From Candidatus Latescibacterota bacterium (GTDB lineage: Bacteria; Latescibacterota; UBA2968; GCA-2709665), in the NCBI GenBank assembly GCA_965203805.1, contig OZ241917.1, positions 3,840,001 to 3,904,000 of the forward strand: DNA of 64,000 nucleotides, read 5' to 3'. Both the position numbers and the translations under genes were made by a program. The first letter of the stretch is position 1; each line of letters starts with the position of its first letter. Positions 60,580-64,000 of this stretch are shown here, in pieces. The notes under the pieces were generated by a model that was not told the origin of the DNA, did no database searches, and was given only the letters and a program-made list of their open reading frames with translations.

Positions 60580-61671
60580 CTAGTGTCCTGTCCCAGAAAT
60601 AGCTTTACATAATCGTTCGATTTTGCGGAGGATGGATTCCGCGGTTGCGGTCCAGACAAAGGGCTTGGAAGTCTCGTTATAGTTGTCAGTGAAGGTTTGG
60701 ATTCTGTCGATGAGTTCTCTCACGGATCTGAAGGTGCCCCTTCTGATGGCCTTTTGCGTGATGATATTGAACCAGATCTCGACCTGGTTGAGCCAGGAGG
60801 CGTACGTCGGGGTAAAGTGAACGTGGTATCGGGGCCGTTTCGCCAGCCACTGTTTCACCTTGTTGTGCTTATGGGTACTATAGTTGTCGACGATCAAGTG
60901 AATCTCAAGATCTTCAGGCACGTTGTGGTCGATGTGATTGAGAAACTGCAAAAACTCCTGGTGGCGGTGTCTGCGCTTGCATTGCGTCAACACCTCTCCG
61001 GAAGCAATGTCCAAGGCAGCGAACAAGGTCGTGGTACCGTGCCGGATGTAATTGTGCGTCACGTTCTCCACGTATCCCAGCCCCATCGGCAACAGCGGCT
61101 GGGTGCGTTCCAGCGCCTGCGTCTGGCTTTTCTCGTCGACGCAAAGCACCATCGCGCTGTCGGGTGGGTCCAGGTATAAGCCCACAATGTCGTGCACCTT
61201 CTCGACGAAGAAGGGATCGGTGGACAGCTTGAAGTGCTTCTGACGGTGTGGCGCAATGCCCAAGGTGGACCAGACACGTTGAATCTCGGATTTGGATATC
61301 GTCGTTTCGGCAGCGATGGACCGACACGTCCAATGCGTGCTGCCATCGTCAGGTTTTGTGGTGAGCGTCTTCCGGATCAGTCCTGTGATCTTCTCGGCGT
61401 CAACCGTGCGCGGTCTGCCCGGACGGCGTTCATCATACAGACCCATTAATCCCTGTTGGAGAAAGCGGTTGCGCCATTTGATGACACTTTGCAAGCTCAA
61501 CTGTACCCTATCGGCAATGACACGGTTGCTGAGACCCTCGGCGCTCATCAAAACGATGTTGGCGCGTCGCACGAGACCGTGTGACAACGTACGAGACCGT
61601 GAAAGCGACGTTAGTTCCTCACGGACCTGGGGACTCAACACGACCGGCTTTCGCGGACGACCCCGTCCCAT
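60580..61671 (-). CDS. IS630 transposase
   Basis: RRANIVL, RPGRPR, THW, FKLSTDP.F.EKV.DIVGLYL.PP, CVDEK, YIRHGTT.LFAAL, DNYSTHK and HFTPT.ASWLNQVE. The stop codon lies in the terminal CTAG. Confidence 0.96.
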   Translation of the reverse strand: MGRGRPRKPVVLSPQVREELTSLSRSRTLSHGLVRRANIVLMSAEGLSNRVIADRVQLSLQSVIKWRNRFLQQGLMGLYDERRPGRPRTVDAEKITGLIRKTLTTKPDDGSTHWTCRSIAAETTISKSEIQRVWSTLGIAPHRQKHFKLSTDPFFVEKVHDIVGLYLDPPDSAMVLCVDEKSQTQALERTQPLLPMGLGYVENVTHNYIRHGTTTLFAALDIASGEVLTQCKRRHRHQEFLQFLNHIDHNVPEDLEIHLIVDNYSTHKHNKVKQWLAKRPRYHVHFTPTYASWLNQVEIWFNIITQKAIRRGTFRSVRELIDRIQTFTDNYNETSKPFVWTATAESILRKIERLCKAISGTGH

Positions 61672-61765
61672 GGTTCTCTCCTTTCTTGAAAGGCGTGACA
61701 AACGGTTAGAGAGAACATAGGACAGCTTCTATAATTAATCAAGTTATTTTAGGGACAAGACACTA
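60581..61765 (-). mobile_element. IS630-family insertion sequence, apparently complete
   Basis: Terminal IRs TAGTGTCCTGTCCCAGAAATAGCTT and (reverse complement) TAGTGTCTTGTCCCTAAAATAACTT. CTAG at both ends is consistent with a TA target duplication. Confidence 0.92.
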
Positions 61766-62094
61766 GTTTGTCAAGCTTCTCGTGCTTCTTCAACGCTTCA
61801 AGGACGCCACGAAATTTGAACTGAGGAACCCGAATTCTAGGGTTCGTCGTTTGCTTCTTGCCTTGACCTGGTTTTCCATCTTCTACACTGGTCCATTGTT
61901 CAGGATCCACAAATTTCCCGAATTTGCATTGACGGACGGACATTTTACCATAAAACGTACAAGTGGAATCTTGCAAATGCCGGATGTTCATTCATTTATT
62001 ATGACAATGAGGGACATTCAACCTCCGTGTTCGATCTTTCAGCCTGAGGTAGTTGTTCTTTTAATTTAGTCGACCGCCCGCTAGCAACGGAGAA

Positions 62095-63243
62095 TTGACG
62101 CGTTCGGCTTCAGAACACATGACGGCACGAAACAACTTGCAAGAAGGTCGCTTGAATTCTATGTCACCAATTCAGAACAGTAACTGCTTTAGTATTTCGT
62201 TCGCGTTTATTTTTCTCATCTGCGACTGTTCGCGTACTTCTCGAAGTAAGGAACTAATCTCGGGCGTTGAAGAAATCTCGCTAAGTCAGGCTCCCCAAGG
62301 AGAGTATCTAAACGTCTCTGCAGTAACTACAAACAGCAAGGGTGAAATTTACCTTTGTGACAGCGAGAATAGTCGGCTCCTATGGTTTGGTTCGGATGGT
62401 GTCTTTCGTTCGGAATTAGGACGTCGAAATAGGTACTCCGGGGACGTACGATTTCCAACTGCACTAACCGTCGGAAAAAATGATGAGATCTATGTTGCCT
62501 GTTTGGATGAAGTATTGGTCTTCAGTTCATCCGGGCGTCTCGTCAGACGATTTTCGCCGACAATTCCCGACACTAGTCTGGAGTCGAAACAACACAAAGT
62601 CATCTTCAGTCCACGATCGATCGCGGTAGACTCATTGGGAGCTATATATCTATCTGGATTCTGGCCTAATGGCTGCATTCATAAGTTTTCTGCGAATGGA
62701 AATTGGTTAGCATCGTTTGGTGATATATTCCCGCACTCAGACACGAGGGTTCAGCAAAACTACTCTGGAGGAATTCTCCTAGCGTCCTGCCAGAGGATAT
62801 TGATCAGTTACTTGATGGCGTACAGGATTAGTACTTACAGTTTGGACGGAATTCCATTAACAAACATTGATCGAGCAGACGTAAACCTCGCACCTAGCTT
62901 TGATCTGTCTGGTTCCCAAAACAGATACTTCCTGCGTTCCCGCACTTTGGGCATATTCAAGATCGGCCACCTGTTTCTACATCAATACTACATACGCGGG
63001 GTTGGAAAATTCGTCGATGTCTACAATACAAATACAGAGAAATTAACAACCAATATTCCAATCAATGTACGTATACATCACATAGATTCCGAGCATTACA
63101 TTTACTATACGACTTCCGATCGTTTGGGTAGCACAGTGTTTCGAGGAAAGATTCAGGGTTCCAGATTGGTGGCAAGAATCACGGGTTCTTGTCGGGTACC
63201 GTTACGCTACCCGACAAGGCACATAAGGGTGAGAGGCTTATAA
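62095..63243 (+). CDS. NHL/6-bladed beta-propeller protein, probably exported (start uncertain)
   Basis: Repeats such as GEIYLCDSENSRL, PTALTVGKNDEIYV, PRSIAVDSLGAIY and IHKFSANG. Confidence 0.75.
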   Translation: MTRSASEHMTARNNLQEGRLNSMSPIQNSNCFSISFAFIFLICDCSRTSRSKELISGVEEISLSQAPQGEYLNVSAVTTNSKGEIYLCDSENSRLLWFGSDGVFRSELGRRNRYSGDVRFPTALTVGKNDEIYVACLDEVLVFSSSGRLVRRFSPTIPDTSLESKQHKVIFSPRSIAVDSLGAIYLSGFWPNGCIHKFSANGNWLASFGDIFPHSDTRVQQNYSGGILLASCQRILISYLMAYRISTYSLDGIPLTNIDRADVNLAPSFDLSGSQNRYFLRSRTLGIFKIGHLFLHQYYIRGVGKFVDVYNTNTEKLTTNIPINVRIHHIDSEHYIYYTTSDRLGSTVFRGKIQGSRLVARITGSCRVPLRYPTRHIRVRGL

Positions 63244-63311
63244 TTCGGAATTTCTGACCAAACTTGAGAATATCTCTATGTAGGGAAGGATTTGCGTAGA
63301 GGAGATAACCT

Positions 63312-64000
63312 ATGTGTCTTGTCAGAGCTTTTTGCCTCTGCGTAGGATTTGTGCTCAGCAATGGTTGTAGTTGGCCATTGACGGAATCAATTTTTCTAAC
63401 CTATACCGTACATGTTACTGATCCACAGATGGGTGTTTTTTCTGTTAAGCTACACATCGGTAACGCTTCAGACAAGGTTACATTAAGGTCGTATGTGCCT
63501 GACGAACATACACCGATTACCAATTTGGAAGCGTTTGATATGCAAGGCAACTCCCTCGGTATAGTACGTGCTACCGAAGAGAGGGGGTATGAGGGCAGCA
63601 CGCTCTCGATGAACTTATTCGAGATCGACAATTCTGAAGAAGGTGATATTACCGTTACCTATAATACGATGGTCGGGACTAAATACGCCAAGCACGGTAG
63701 GCAGCCTTACAATACCCACGGCTACATGAATGCTAATTTCGCGCTTGTGTCTGGTAGGAATCTATTCTTGCTGCCGGACGCGTCAATTGACTCTGCGTAT
63801 GTTAATTTTTCGTTGCCGAACAACTGGCAGATAGCAATTCCCTGGCCTGAAAAGCAGGGCGGATATATGCCTAACATTCATTCCGCCCACCTGAAGGATG
63901 AGTTGATGAATGCCACCATATCTCTCGGCTTACTCGAATGTGAGACCAGAACAATCAACAACGTTCGTGTTTCTTCGTATGTCTATAAGGGATGGGATCG
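63312..64000 (+). CDS. Exported protein resembling the M61 glycyl aminopeptidase N-terminal domain (3'-partial)
   Basis: GAGGAG RBS. Manual translation: MCLVRAFCLCVGFVLSNGC...LTYTVHVTDP...V.LHI...GYMNANFALVSGRNLFLLP...FSLPNNWQIAIPW. Open to the window end, and no HExxH motif is visible in the window. Confidence 0.55.
   Translation, partial: MCLVRAFCLCVGFVLSNGCSWPLTESIFLTYTVHVTDPQMGVFSVKLHIGNASDKVTLRSYVPDEHTPITNLEAFDMQGNSLGIVRATEERGYEGSTLSMNLFEIDNSEEGDITVTYNTMVGTKYAKHGRQPYNTHGYMNANFALVSGRNLFLLPDASIDSAYVNFSLPNNWQIAIPWPEKQGGYMPNIHSAHLKDELMNATISLGLLECETRTINNVRVSSYVYKGWD

Overview
Bacterial window, GC-rich on the left and visibly more AT-rich from about 39 kb onward. The gene content (sulfatase, PhyH, Gfo/Idh/MocA, FG-GAP, TPR, lpxH) suggests a diderm heterotroph, possibly Latescibacterota-like, but this is inference only. 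Positions 1-34.5 kb hold housekeeping and catabolic genes (gltA, msrA, glpK, ilvD, lpxH), several intergenic repeat families and five toxin-antitoxin loci. These are DUF433/DUF5615, a brnTA pair with two nonsense stops, a PIN remnant with its partner, a reversed darG-darT and higBA. A tmRNA gene (34600-34959) acts as an integration hotspot. Its 3' 26 bp is repeated at 37604-37629, enclosing an integrase-free octaheme HAO-like plus NapC/NirT cytochrome cassette. Next comes an AbiE module flanked by direct repeats, whose toxin is internally deleted. The strongest candidate for an undescribed system is 42.9-59.8 kb. A 1620-aa Ser/Thr kinase-STAND-TPR-GAF-sigma54 activator precedes a palindromic enhancer-like site and a GG-N10-GC sigma54 promoter. 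That promoter precedes a 67-aa peptide with a PapA (freyrasin)-like leader but an atypical one-Cys, Ser/Thr/Pro-rich core. It is followed by an RRE-radical SAM/SPASM maturase and co-oriented glycosylation and sugar-tailoring genes. An IS630, a beta-propeller gene and a partial M61-like peptidase close the window. All family calls come from motif recognition by eye; no database searches were run.
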